Shown here piece after piece: positions 8,557 through 18,744 of a stretch of 53,092 bases of DNA. A program made the translations under genes and the position numbers. How positions within the stretch are numbered: position 1 is the first letter of the stretch; each line of letters starts with the position of its first letter. The notes beneath the pieces are model-generated. The model saw nothing but the letters and a program-made list of their open reading frames with translations, did no database searches and was not told the origin of the DNA. Origin of the DNA: a virus; UHGV virus genome UHGV-0147375; one strand, given 5' to 3'.

Positions 8557-9366
8557 ATGAACGATTTGGTTCATATCCAAAATACTGATATTTCGGTAAA
8601 GGAATATCGAGGACAAAGAGTTGTAACATTGAAAGATGTTGATATGGTCCATGAAAGACCTGAGGGAACGGCGAGAAGAAATTTTAATTCTAACAGAAAC
8701 AGATTTATTGATGGAGAAGATTATTTCGTTGTTAGTGCGGACGAAATTCGTACAAGCCGCATGTTTCCTATATCCGACAATGATTTTACAAACAAAATTC
8801 TGCTAACAGAACAGGGATATTTGATGTTAGTCAAGTCATTTACGGACGATTTGGCATGGACGGTTCAAAGACAGCTTGTGAACGGATATTTTAAGACAAG
8901 ACGGCTTGTCAATGAGGAATTATCGCCGGAAACGCAGCTTATCTTAAAGCTGGCGCAAAGCATCGCTAATAAAGAGTTGGAAGATAAAGAGCGAGACAGG
9001 CAGATTGCCCTTGCGAATGAAACAGCGAAAAAGGCAGTTGAAACCACAGAAACAATTAAGGAAGCTGTTAAACCTGTACTGGATAATTGGCGGATTGAGA
9101 TTAACAGAAAAATTAAACGTGTTCAGTTTAGTTCCAAAATTGATTTTCAAACATTGAATAACCAACTGTATTCAGAACTGGAACAAAGAGCCGGATGCGA
9201 CTTAGGCACAAGGCTTAGAAACATGAAGCAGAGGATGGAAAATTCTGGTGCGACCAAAACCGCAATCAATAGTATCAGAAAAATTGATGTGATTGAGGGA
9301 GACAAGAAGCTTCGGGAGATTTTTTCAAAAATTGTTTCCGAGTACGAAATTAAATATTGCGCATAG
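8557..9366 (+). CDS. ORF6N-domain antirepressor-like protein with C-terminal helical domain
   Basis: VKEYRGQRVVTLKDVDMVHERPEGTARRNFNSNRNRFIDGEDYF...LTEQGYLMLVKSFTDDLAWTVQRQLVNGYF. Confidence 0.85.
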   Translation: MNDLVHIQNTDISVKEYRGQRVVTLKDVDMVHERPEGTARRNFNSNRNRFIDGEDYFVVSADEIRTSRMFPISDNDFTNKILLTEQGYLMLVKSFTDDLAWTVQRQLVNGYFKTRRLVNEELSPETQLILKLAQSIANKELEDKERDRQIALANETAKKAVETTETIKEAVKPVLDNWRIEINRKIKRVQFSSKIDFQTLNNQLYSELEQRAGCDLGTRLRNMKQRMENSGATKTAINSIRKIDVIEGDKKLREIFSKIVSEYEIKYCA

Positions 9367-9381
9367 AAGGGAGAAAGAAAG

Positions 9382-9600
9382 ATGAACATTGATAAATTAA
9401 ATGAATTTGATGTTTTAGCAGGATTCCGGTTTGTAGAAGCTCATGAGCAACAGGCGAAATGTAGTGATGGAGGAATCGCAGCTGTTATCACGCTACATTT
9501 TGGAAACGATAATCATGTTGCTGTGGATGTAGATTTTATTGACGGAGAACCTCATATTAGAGAGGTTTATGCGGTTGACGATAACGGAAAGAAAATTTAA
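9382..9600 (+). CDS. Hypothetical phage protein
   Basis: ORF in operon with RBS. Confidence 0.6.
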   Translation: MNIDKLNEFDVLAGFRFVEAHEQQAKCSDGGIAAVITLHFGNDNHVAVDVDFIDGEPHIREVYAVDDNGKKI

Positions 9601-9617
9601 GGAAGGAGGTGCAGGAA

Positions 9618-9758
9618 ATGAGCGAAAAGGAAAAACAGGTAGTAGAAAAACTGAAAGAAGCAATCCCCCAGATGTCCGATTTTGACAAGGGCTATATCCT
9701 TGGAAAAGTTGAGAGCATGGCAGAACAGAAAAAAGAAGATACGGAGTGGAAGGAATGA
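9618..9758 (+). CDS. Small hypothetical protein (46 aa), not in ORF track
   Basis: AAGGAGG RBS; MSEKEKQVVEKLKEAIPQMSDFDKGYILGKVESMAEQKKEDTEWKE. Confidence 0.7.
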   Translation: MSEKEKQVVEKLKEAIPQMSDFDKGYILGKVESMAEQKKEDTEWKE

Positions 9759-10179
9759 TTGGAATAAAAAACATTTTAATTGCATTGCAATTTTTGCTTT
9801 TTGTAATGTGTATATTAAGTTGCATTGAAAACGAAAGAAAAGCCTTGGGATTTTGGACTGTTTTATGGCTTATTTGCACAATTCTGAAATATGCAGTCTG
9901 TTAGCGAGGTGTTGAAGATGTATGTAAATCTATTTGTAGCAGGCGTTTTCGTGACAATCGCATCGGAGATGGTTCTGATTTTCCTGTATGCCTTTTTTAA
10001 CCAGAAGAAGTAAGAAGGGCAGGGATAGGAAATGTCAATCGGGTTGCCGCGTAGAACGCCAACAAATAAAAGAGTAGTAGCCTGCAATATCTATGGTAAG
10101 GTTTGGAACGTTGCCGCAACGCAGGATACCCAAAAGGGCTATTATTGCCCGGAGTGTAGCAAAGGTAGGGGTGCAAAAC

Positions 10180-10416
10180 ATGAAAATCGAACAAATCAGA
10201 GAAACAGCGCAAAAGAAACTGTTTGTAGGCAAGAAGGTTAAGGTGCTTGAGTTCGGCAAGGATAGGCATGGAGCGAACGTCCTGCGAAAAAGAAGAACAG
10301 GAACGGTAACAGGATTGTATCCATTCATCTTCACCGCCATTTTTGCAGGAGGATACACAGAGAGTTTTCGTTACAGTCAGTTCTTTGAAAGTGATGGGGA
10401 AGTGGTGAGGTTATGA
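10180..10416 (+). CDS. Hypothetical phage protein
   Basis: Operon spacing; stop overlaps next ATG. Confidence 0.6.
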   Translation: MKIEQIRETAQKKLFVGKKVKVLEFGKDRHGANVLRKRRTGTVTGLYPFIFTAIFAGGYTESFRYSQFFESDGEVVRL

Positions 10417-10616
10417 GAAACTGGAAACGGACGTTTTTCTATATCCGCCGTGGTTTGCTGCGTTGGGCGGTGGTATTCTTCGGGACGCTACTGGCGCAGT
10501 GCGGATTAGTATGGATTCTGGAGAACCCCGACAGCAGGATGATGTTTTATCTGATTTCGGGCACGATGATTGCCTTTGCAATCGGCAGTTTGTTCTACGG
10601 AGGACAGGAAAAATGA
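10413..10616 (+). CDS. Small membrane protein
   Basis: Two hydrophobic segments; ATGA coupling. Confidence 0.6.
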   Translation: MRNWKRTFFYIRRGLLRWAVVFFGTLLAQCGLVWILENPDSRMMFYLISGTMIAFAIGSLFYGGQEK

Positions 10617-11035
10617 AAAAGCCTGTATGCGATTTCAACTGTTTTGAATGTCCGCACCCAGATTGCATCTGTGATGATTTTTCGCGTAAGGAGTATGTAA
10701 CGGACGCTGAAATCAACAGAATTGCAGGGATGACGAGAAGCAAAACAGGCTTGAGAAAAAAAGAATACCTCAGAAAGTATTATTCAGAACGCAAAGAATA
10801 TGCCAAAGCATACCAGAAAATCTATTACGAGAAAAACAAAGAGAAGATTCGCGAAAAGGCGAGGGAACGGTATCGGAAGAATAGAGAAAGATGTATCGCT
10901 AGCGTGCGCGCTTATCAGGAGAGCAATAAAGAGAAGGTAAGTGCTTACAAGAAAGAATATTCAAAAAAATACAAAAGGCGGAAGAAGGAGGAAAGAGAAA
11001 ATGAAAAACGACAGAGAATTGACACCGGAGAATGA
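10613..11035 (+). CDS. Cys-cluster plus Lys/Glu/Tyr-repeat basic protein
   Basis: CDFNCFECPHPDC then YYEKNKEKIREK-type repeats. Confidence 0.6.
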   Translation: MKKPVCDFNCFECPHPDCICDDFSRKEYVTDAEINRIAGMTRSKTGLRKKEYLRKYYSERKEYAKAYQKIYYEKNKEKIREKARERYRKNRERCIASVRAYQESNKEKVSAYKKEYSKKYKRRKKEERENEKRQRIDTGE

Positions 11036-11300
11036 GTTGCAGGAGCTTTGGGAGCTGAACGGTAGGGTGAAGGCTGTTATTGCATATTTGAAAACAGACA
11101 AATTTGTGGATGCCGAACAAATCTTAGCTATGCTCACTGGTGGTGTTGACGATGGCTTACCTATGCAGGATAGGGATAAAGACTGAATGTGATGGTTGCG
11201 GATACTGTGAAAAAGAGCAGGAAGAATGTCCGCACTGCCAAGAAACGCAATATGAATACCTTTATAAAAGGGATGACGGAGAAATCGTAGGTTGTAGCGA

Positions 11301-13256
11301 TTGTATAAAAAGGATGTGGAACGATTGACGGAAGTATTATTGAAAAAAATCAGCCTTAAAAATTACATGGGGGCTGAAAATGTGGAGGTTGACTTTTCCG
11401 AAAAAACGGAAATCAGAGGTAAAAACAGATGCGGAAAAACCACTTTGATGAACGCCTATTTCGATGTTATGACAGGTAAATTTGCGAATGGTGCTGCACC
11501 GACTAATATTTGTCCTGTGGATAAGAACGGCGAGGAAAAGCCTGTAAAGGAAATCGAAAGAACGGTTACTTTGGAAATCAATGGAATTGAACACGAAATT
11601 AGAAAAGTGACTAAAAGAAAGTACCGCAAGGGCGTTTTTGTCGGAAATGAAACTGTTTATATGCTTGATGGCGTTTCTGTAAAATCTGCGGAAGTAAACG
11701 ATTTTTTAGCCAGTATCGCACCGCCCGAAACGGTAGCAATGTGTTCTAATGCATCGGTATTCTTTTCAGCTTTGAAAAAATCGACTGCGGATGCAAGAAA
11801 AGCTATTGAAGGTCTTTCTGGATTCGATGTGGAGCGTTTTTGTAAGGAAAATGCAGAATACCAGAGTATTTATGAACTGACCGCAGGAAAGAAAACAGAG
11901 GACGTATTGAAGCAGCTGAAAAAACGCCTTTCTGCCGAGAACGGAGAATTGGATAGGCTAAATGTAGAATTGGACTACGAGCAGCGTAGACTTGACAGGT
12001 CGGATGATTCTGATTTGCAGAAATTGGAATCCGAGAAAGCGATTATTATCGGAAACATTGATAGTATGGAGAACCTGAAAGAAACACTGAATATTTCTAT
12101 AGACAGATATACATATCTTGTCGGTCTGGTTGATGACTTGAAAAAGAAGATTTCAGCCATTGAGGACAAGCAAAAGAAAGCCAAAAACGAGAAAATCGAA
12201 ACTCTGAAAAAATCTATAGTGGATATCGATGCGGATATTGATAACTTTTCTGGAAAAGTTACAAAGTACAATGAATCAGCCGAGAAGGTTTTTGGGAAAA
12301 TTTCTTCCTTAAAATCGAAATTCACTGTATTGAAAGACTCCCATTCTATCGTGGACGGGTTGCGGTACGGCGATGATTATGTTTGCCCGAAATGCGGCAG
12401 GGGGTTCAATTCAGAAGAAATAGAGGTTGTAAAAGAAAAATTATACAAGGAAAAAGAAGATACTTTATGTGAACTTAAAGACAAGGTTGATATTCTTGAA
12501 TCCGCAATCAAAGCAGAAACTGATACATATTTATATTTTAATAAAAAATCAAATGAATGGGCTGAAAAGGTTTTTGATAAAAGAGAAACAAGAAAGTCTT
12601 TGGAGATTGAATTTGAAAAATTGATTTCTATCGGCTTTGAGAAAACGGAAGAATATAAAACGCTTGAAAAACGGCTCAAAGATGCAGAGGAAGAATCCTC
12701 TAAACTTTTTGAATCAACCGATTTATGGCGGCAAGTAACGGAGAGAATCAGCAACTATAAGGCTGACCTTTCGCAGAAAGAATCTGAAATCAAAGCTATT
12801 ATCAGAGATACCGAAAACACAGAAAAACGAATTGAATTGTTGAAGGAATCCGTTAAGGAACAAGCGCAGAAAGCGGCTGACATTGAACGCCGGATTGATA
12901 TGTTGCAGGATTTCAGCATTGCCAAAAATGCAGCTTTGGAAAATATGGTAAACAGTAGATTTGAGTTTATCAAACTTAAAATGAGCGAAGAAACATTGAG
13001 CGGAGATATCAAGGAAACGTTGAGAATCAATGTGAATGGCGTTGATTATTTTAACGGATTGAACCACGGAGACAGAATCCTTGCGGAAATCTTCCTATTA
13101 AAAGGATTGCAGGACATGAACGGAATCAAACTGCCGATTTGGATTGACGATACAGAATCCTTGGACGAAAACAGGATTCCGGATGTAAAACGTCAGTTGA
13201 TTGTTATTCGCAGGACGGATGATGAAGTGCTGAATGTGCGCGAAATGGAGGGTTAA
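11301..13256 (+). CDS. SMC/SbcC-like AAA ATPase (recombination module)
   Basis: Walker A GKNRCGKTT, long coiled coil with CPKC zinc hook, LNHGD signature-like and IWIDDTE Walker B. Confidence 0.85.
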   Translation: MYKKDVERLTEVLLKKISLKNYMGAENVEVDFSEKTEIRGKNRCGKTTLMNAYFDVMTGKFANGAAPTNICPVDKNGEEKPVKEIERTVTLEINGIEHEIRKVTKRKYRKGVFVGNETVYMLDGVSVKSAEVNDFLASIAPPETVAMCSNASVFFSALKKSTADARKAIEGLSGFDVERFCKENAEYQSIYELTAGKKTEDVLKQLKKRLSAENGELDRLNVELDYEQRRLDRSDDSDLQKLESEKAIIIGNIDSMENLKETLNISIDRYTYLVGLVDDLKKKISAIEDKQKKAKNEKIETLKKSIVDIDADIDNFSGKVTKYNESAEKVFGKISSLKSKFTVLKDSHSIVDGLRYGDDYVCPKCGRGFNSEEIEVVKEKLYKEKEDTLCELKDKVDILESAIKAETDTYLYFNKKSNEWAEKVFDKRETRKSLEIEFEKLISIGFEKTEEYKTLEKRLKDAEEESSKLFESTDLWRQVTERISNYKADLSQKESEIKAIIRDTENTEKRIELLKESVKEQAQKAADIERRIDMLQDFSIAKNAALENMVNSRFEFIKLKMSEETLSGDIKETLRINVNGVDYFNGLNHGDRILAEIFLLKGLQDMNGIKLPIWIDDTESLDENRIPDVKRQLIVIRRTDDEVLNVREMEG

Positions 13257-13259
13257 AAA

Positions 13260-13538
13260 ATGAAATACAGAAAGAAACCTGTGGTAATTGAAGCGTTTCG
13301 GTTAAATGAAAGAGGTCTTGTCAGCGAGGACTGGTTTTGGGATGCGGTTAGTAGCAATAAAATCATTACACACGATTTCGGAAAGTTTTGCAATGCTCCT
13401 GCGTGGTGCGAGATAAATACATTGGAAGGAACAATGACTGCAAAGGCAGGGGACTACATTATCAGAGGCATAAAAGGGGAAATTTATCCTTGTAAACCAG
13501 ACATTTTCGAGCAGACATATGAAGCATGTGAGGAGTGA
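13260..13538 (+). CDS. PGDYG-like phage protein
   Basis: MKYRKKPVVIEA...INTLEGTMTAKAGDYIIRGIKGEIYPCKPDIFEQTY. Confidence 0.8.
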   Translation: MKYRKKPVVIEAFRLNERGLVSEDWFWDAVSSNKIITHDFGKFCNAPAWCEINTLEGTMTAKAGDYIIRGIKGEIYPCKPDIFEQTYEACEE

Positions 13539-13544
13539 TGCAGC

Positions 13545-13916
13545 ATGGATGAAATGACAGCGTTGGAGTTTCTGAAATGCAAGGATAGAATCTGTAGAAC
13601 ATATGCGTGTAACGTCTGCCCGATATGGAGAAGCAGACCAGACCAATCGGAAGGATGCGGTATCTTTTTGCGCAAGTATCCAGAAAAAGCAGTTTCCATC
13701 GTAGAAAAATGGTCGAGAGAGCATCCGAGAAAAACGATTTTGCAGGATTTCTTGGAGAAGTATCCGAAAGCAGAACTGATACATAACAAATTTCCAGAAA
13801 TTTGCCCTTATTCTTTGGGATACGCAGAAAATAGACAGTGTGTTTTAGATACGGACGAACAGTTTTGTTCAGAAGAATGCGTAGAATGTTGGAACAGACC
13901 GTTGGAGGAGGAATAA
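13545..13916 (+). CDS. Cys-rich hypothetical phage protein
   Basis: VEKWSREHPRKTILQDFLEKYP and CVECWN motifs. Confidence 0.7.
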   Translation: MDEMTALEFLKCKDRICRTYACNVCPIWRSRPDQSEGCGIFLRKYPEKAVSIVEKWSREHPRKTILQDFLEKYPKAELIHNKFPEICPYSLGYAENRQCVLDTDEQFCSEECVECWNRPLEEE

Positions 13917-13918
13917 TT

Positions 13919-14917
13919 ATGGCTGAAAATACACAGTTGGCAGAAAAGAAGGAATTTACAACAGCATTAAGTCAGTGGTCGAATGAAATTACAGGATTGA
14001 TTACAAAAGACTATGATGCTTGCGGCGTTGTTTTTGATGAATATTCCAGAAAATGCGCTATGGAGGCAGTCGGCAGCATTTACAACCTTGTGAGGAATGA
14101 CGGAAAAGCGAACATGAACTCTCTCGACAAAAGCAACTTGAGGGGCATCGTTGAAAATTGTGCAGGGCTGAAATTGAACCCTGCGGCATATCCGAGAGAA
14201 TGTTATTTCCAGCTTAGAAACGTTAAGCGTGGGAACGAGTGGGTAAAGGTTGTTGAAATGGGTATCGAGGGTGCAGGATATGATTCCCTTCTTTCCCATT
14301 ATGGTAAGGACGTTGAACAGGTTTATCCGTACTGGGTGGTTAAGGAAGGCGATACCTACATCCCTCCAAAACATAAAGGCTTGGAACTGACACCGCCGGA
14401 ATGGGAAGAAAAAGGTTTGTCCGATAAAGCGGTTAGGGTGGTGTATCCTGTCAAATTGACAGATGGCACAGTAACATATCTGACGGCTGACAGAGCAAGT
14501 GTAAAGGTCAATTTGTTGGCACACGTGAAGCAAAATATGATGAACGCCACATTCGGTGTTTGCGAGGACAGATACAAGGCTACAGATAAACAGAAAGCGG
14601 AAATCAAAGCCAAGAAGGATGAAATTTTGAACGCATTGAAAGCGTGCAGTACAGTTGATGATATGTTGGAATGTGAAGCCGCAAGACCTTTTATCAGCGG
14701 AGCATGGCTGGACATGCCAGAGAGCATGATTCAGCGGAAAATGTGCAACAATGCCACGAGGAAATATCCGAAGGATTATGACCAGATGGCGAGACAGGCA
14801 CAAATTGAATTGGACGATACATACCGTCAGACGCAGGATGATGTTGCGGAAAGTGCAAATTCGGTTGATTTTGACGAGGAAAACATCATTGATGGGGAAA
14901 TTGTACAGGAGGGATGA
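13919..14917 (+). CDS. RecT-like single-strand annealing protein
   Basis: LKLNPAAYPRECYFQLRN motif; position between SMC-like ATPase and MBL nuclease/SSB. Confidence 0.7.
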   Translation: MAENTQLAEKKEFTTALSQWSNEITGLITKDYDACGVVFDEYSRKCAMEAVGSIYNLVRNDGKANMNSLDKSNLRGIVENCAGLKLNPAAYPRECYFQLRNVKRGNEWVKVVEMGIEGAGYDSLLSHYGKDVEQVYPYWVVKEGDTYIPPKHKGLELTPPEWEEKGLSDKAVRVVYPVKLTDGTVTYLTADRASVKVNLLAHVKQNMMNATFGVCEDRYKATDKQKAEIKAKKDEILNALKACSTVDDMLECEAARPFISGAWLDMPESMIQRKMCNNATRKYPKDYDQMARQAQIELDDTYRQTQDDVAESANSVDFDEENIIDGEIVQEG

Positions 14918-14920
14918 TTT

Positions 14921-15205
14921 ATGAGAATTATTAGTCAGGACGGAAGATTTGATTTGCCGTATGAACTTGTTGTAGTTTCGATTGACACTGTAGACAAAAT
15001 GACGATTATCGCTTATGCAGTAAATTCAGATGACAGTGAAATTTGGGAATTAGCTGAATACTCCACAAAAGAAAAAGCCGTAAAGGCTATGGAAATGCTG
15101 AGGACGGAATGTGGAAACTTCACAGAAACAAGCAGCATCAACGGAAATTATTTCGCCTTCGATTATCCGAAATTATTTCGGTTTCCGCAGGATAGCGAGG
15201 TGTGA
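14921..15205 (+). CDS. Hypothetical phage protein (paralog of 52424-52648)
   Basis: MRIISQ start, LAEYSTKEKA middle, FRFP end shared in pattern. Confidence 0.65.
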   Translation: MRIISQDGRFDLPYELVVVSIDTVDKMTIIAYAVNSDDSEIWELAEYSTKEKAVKAMEMLRTECGNFTETSSINGNYFAFDYPKLFRFPQDSEV

Positions 15206-15567
15206 TGATGATAGCCGATACAAATATAGAGTATATCTCAAAAACAGAACATGTTGAATTTGTCAATTATACAGGTTCTTTCCCTAATTTATGCAGAGGG
15301 GTATTGACTTTAAAAATTGACGGCGAAATAGTTAAATTCGGTCATGATTATAAGGATTATTGTTTGAAAACATCAAAATTTAATGATTCTAATTATGATT
15401 CGTTTTGGCACTCTGGCGGATGGATAGATAAAGAATATTACTCACACTCAGGAGAATGGGAAATATACTTAAACAAATTACCGGAACAATACCGTCAGTA
15501 TGCAATAGAAATAGATTTTGTTTTTAATTCTTGCGTGAGACATGGATGTTGTGGAGGTTGTTCTTGA
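15202..15567 (+). CDS. Hypothetical phage protein
   Basis: YTGSFPNLCRG and C-terminal HGCCGGC. Confidence 0.65.
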   Translation: MMMIADTNIEYISKTEHVEFVNYTGSFPNLCRGVLTLKIDGEIVKFGHDYKDYCLKTSKFNDSNYDSFWHSGGWIDKEYYSHSGEWEIYLNKLPEQYRQYAIEIDFVFNSCVRHGCCGGCS

Positions 15568-15638
15568 CGAAATTAAAATGTATTGCAATAGGAAGATACC
15601 ATGTTGATGGGATTGAATAATCGTTAGGAGGTGCAAAA

Positions 15639-16352
15639 GTGCTGCTAAAAACGATAGCAACAGGTTCAAGTGGAAATTGCCATGCACTCATTGCAGACAC
15701 AGGAGAGATTCTTCTTTTGGACTTGGGGGAGAACGAAAAGAAGATTAAGAAAGGAATCGGGTGGAAAATTTCTGATGTTGTCGGTGCAATTGTTACGCAT
15801 AAACACGCCGACCACTCAAAATCGGTCAAGGATTTTGAGCGAATGGGGATTCCTGTTTTCAAGCCGTATGAAAATACAGAAACTTTCGCAAAAAAGTATT
15901 CTGGTTTCAAAATACAGGCATTTGACCTTACAACGATTGATGGCAGATGGACGCACACAGATGCAGACGGAACGGAATGCCCTTGTTATGGTTTCCTTAT
16001 TGAACATAAGGAAATGGGGAGAATGATTTATATAACGGATACAGCCATTGTCAAATGGCGGTTCAAAAATATCAACCACATTCTTCTCGGTGTAAATTAT
16101 GACAAAGATATGATTTATCCAGATAACGAAGGAAAAAAGAATCATATTTTCGGCGGTCACATGGAGATTGATACAGCTTGCGAGTTTGTAAAGGCGAATA
16201 ATTCAGATTCCTTGCACAACGTAATAATGTGCCATTTGTCAGCCGATAATGCCGATTCCGATAAATTCATCGAGCGTATGAAAAAAGCGTGTCCTGCGGC
16301 GAATGTGTACGCTGCTGGGCGTAATGATGGTTGGTGGTTAAGGAATGGCTAA
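15639..16352 (+). CDS. Metallo-beta-lactamase-fold hydrolase/nuclease
   Basis: TGSSGNC, THKHADH, TDT and HLS motifs. Confidence 0.85.
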   Translation: MLLKTIATGSSGNCHALIADTGEILLLDLGENEKKIKKGIGWKISDVVGAIVTHKHADHSKSVKDFERMGIPVFKPYENTETFAKKYSGFKIQAFDLTTIDGRWTHTDADGTECPCYGFLIEHKEMGRMIYITDTAIVKWRFKNINHILLGVNYDKDMIYPDNEGKKNHIFGGHMEIDTACEFVKANNSDSLHNVIMCHLSADNADSDKFIERMKKACPAANVYAAGRNDGWWLRNG

Positions 16353-16596
16353 GGTTTGTATATGTTTGAACGCAGATATTAAAGGAAAGGATGGCATTTG
16401 TCCTTGCTATCAGTGCGAAGAAAGATTTGTCGGGTGTCATTCTTCCTGCGAAAAATTTGGTGCTTGGAGCGAAAACCACAAGAAGAACAAAAGGGAGATT
16501 CAAAAGAAAGTATACATAGAGCGACAGGCAGATTATAGGAGAAAAGACTATCTGCAAAAACGCAGAGCGGAAAGAAAGAGAGGGAACTATGAATAA
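16345..16596 (+). CDS. Small Cys-rich hypothetical protein
   Basis: CPCYQCEERFVGCHSSC. Confidence 0.65.
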   Translation: MAKVCICLNADIKGKDGICPCYQCEERFVGCHSSCEKFGAWSENHKKNKREIQKKVYIERQADYRRKDYLQKRRAERKRGNYE

Positions 16597-17011
16597 GTGC
16601 ATTTTCATCGGGCGAACCACAAGGGACATAGAGCTGCGGTATACGCAAAGCAAAAATCCGTTGGCGGTCGGGAACACGAGCCTTGCCGTAGAATCTGGAT
16701 ACGGAAATAAGAAGGAAACGTATTTTTTCAACATAACCGCTTTCGGCAAAACGGCAGAAACAATGGAAAAGTTTGTAAAGAAGGGTACGAAAATTGCGGT
16801 TGAGTGCGAAGCCAAAGCGGATGAATACACAAACAGGGAAGGAAATAAGATCAGACAGGTTTCTTTCCTTGTCAAATCCTTTGAGTTTATGGAGAAAAAA
16901 TCCGCAAGCGGAAACACACAGCAGCAGGGCAAAAATGAAATGCCGCAGGATAACGGAAACGGTTTTTACCCTGTGAACGAAAGCATTTCTGATGATGATT
17001 TGCCGTTTTAA
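16589..17011 (+). CDS. ssb: Single-stranded DNA-binding protein
   Basis: MNKCIFIGRTTRDIELRYT N-terminus, acidic DDDLPF tail. Confidence 0.95.
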   Translation: MNKCIFIGRTTRDIELRYTQSKNPLAVGNTSLAVESGYGNKKETYFFNITAFGKTAETMEKFVKKGTKIAVECEAKADEYTNREGNKIRQVSFLVKSFEFMEKKSASGNTQQQGKNEMPQDNGNGFYPVNESISDDDLPF

Positions 17012-17262
17012 AAAATAAGAAAGGTGGAGACTGATTTTGAGAATAGAAAATTTAATCGTTTTTTTGAAAGAGAATTTTGAAAAAGGTATACAAATGTTCG
17101 ATACTCCGAATATTGCAGGCGATTTAATGTTTCTTATTTATAAGAAGGACGATATAACGGTGTTGTTCGCACCGGGATATAACTATATCGAGATATTCGG
17201 AATATCTGATGAAGAATTTGAAAGAGTTGAAAAAGAGGTTAATCGGAAAAGGCGGTAATATT

Positions 17263-18093
17263 ATGGATTTGAAAGACATCAAAACAGAATTGTTCAATGA
17301 CAATTTCCAAAACTATAAGCGTTACGGTATCCCCAAAGCGCAACTTGTTATTGCCGATATACCCTACAACGTGGGTACGAATTTCTACGGTAGCAATCCC
17401 ATGTGGTATAAAGATGGGGACAATAAAAACGGTGAAAGCAAACTTGCAGGAAAAGCCGCTTTTAATACAGATTTTAATTTCAATCTGTACGAGTATTTTC
17501 ATTTTTGTAGCAAGTTGTTGAAGAAAGAAGATACGAAAACCGTATCTCGTGGAAGAAGTAGCAACAGTCCTTGCATGATTGTTTTTTGCAGTTTTGAACA
17601 GATCCCAACACTCATCAACGCCGCCGAGAAACATGGATTCGTAAACTACATACCTTTGGTTTTCTGTAAGAATTACAGTCCACAAGTTTTAAAGGCGAAT
17701 ATGCGTATTGTGGGTGCTACAGAATACGCCCTCGTATTTTATCGGGGGAGACTGCCGAAATTTAGAAATGGTTGTCAGCAGGACGAGAACGGAAAGAATA
17801 TTCGCGGTACAGGAAGAATGATTTTTAATTGGTTCGCGTGGGAGAAGGACCGGAAGGAGATTCCCAAAATTCACCCTGCGCAGAAGCCCGTAGCCGTGAT
17901 TAAGAAACTGATTGAGATTTTCACCGATGAAGGGGACATCGTGATTGACCCATGCGCCGGAAGTGGTTCGACACTGAGGGCAGCCATGGAGTGTGGCAGG
18001 AACTCATACGGATTTGAAATATCGAAAGAATTTTACAAGCGCGCAAAGGAAGAAATGCTTGTTATGAAAGAAGAAATGCAACTTCACTTGTAA
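17263..18093 (+). CDS. Orphan N6A/N4C DNA methyltransferase (beta class order)
   Basis: Catalytic DIPY before HPAQKP and DPCAGSG SAM-binding motif. Confidence 0.9.
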   Translation: MDLKDIKTELFNDNFQNYKRYGIPKAQLVIADIPYNVGTNFYGSNPMWYKDGDNKNGESKLAGKAAFNTDFNFNLYEYFHFCSKLLKKEDTKTVSRGRSSNSPCMIVFCSFEQIPTLINAAEKHGFVNYIPLVFCKNYSPQVLKANMRIVGATEYALVFYRGRLPKFRNGCQQDENGKNIRGTGRMIFNWFAWEKDRKEIPKIHPAQKPVAVIKKLIEIFTDEGDIVIDPCAGSGSTLRAAMECGRNSYGFEISKEFYKRAKEEMLVMKEEMQLHL

Positions 18094-18105
18094 GGTGGTG
18101 AATAG

Positions 18106-18690
18106 ATGGACTATCAGAAATTCAAAAAAGCAAAGGCTATTGAGAAGAAGAACAAGGAGCGATTACTGAAAGTCAATCCAAAACTAAATGAGGATAGCGG
18201 CATTTACTTCCTCACAAGGATTGACGAAAACGGATTCAAATACGCATATATCGGGCAAGCGGTACATGTTTTGACAAGGCTTGCACAACACCTTGTCGGC
18301 TATCAGCATATCGACTTATCGTTGAAAAAACATGGTTTATACGATGCCGAAACAAATCAGTACGGATGGAAAATCGGCTTTCTGCTTTACAAAGATACCG
18401 AGTTGGACGAAGCCGAACAGCACTGGATAAAGAAATACGCCGATGGCGGTTATCAGCTGCGAAATAAGACAAGCGGTTCACAGGGCGAGGGGAAGTCGCA
18501 GATTGCGGAATACAAAGCCGCCAAGGGCTATCGTGACGGCTTGGAGCAGGGCAGAAAGAATCTTGCGAAGGAATTATCGCATATTGCCGAAAAGCACCTC
18601 ACAATCGAAATTAGAGCGGATAAGAGGGGTAATAAGATTTCGGAACGGCAGTATGAGAAATTTATAGAATTGATGAAAGGTGGCGAATAA
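18106..18690 (+). CDS. GIY-YIG nuclease-like protein
   Basis: SGIYFL...AYIGQA...RLAQH...E...N. Confidence 0.75.
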   Translation: MDYQKFKKAKAIEKKNKERLLKVNPKLNEDSGIYFLTRIDENGFKYAYIGQAVHVLTRLAQHLVGYQHIDLSLKKHGLYDAETNQYGWKIGFLLYKDTELDEAEQHWIKKYADGGYQLRNKTSGSQGEGKSQIAEYKAAKGYRDGLEQGRKNLAKELSHIAEKHLTIEIRADKRGNKISERQYEKFIELMKGGE

Positions 18691-18744
18691 CAATGAGCGG
18701 CAGAAAAACGGCTCCGGAAACATCTGTCGGAGGATGATTTTGGA

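Noticed and set aside
13967..14803. Long antisense ORFs (also 5850-6422, 16267-16932, 26261-26890, 27167-27868, 33336-33941)
   Set aside because: Shadows of well-supported genes on the opposite strand; no motifs or RBS
17263..18690. MTase plus GIY-YIG as a restriction-modification pair
   Set aside because: Both are common stand-alone genes in phage early operons; adjacency alone is not enough
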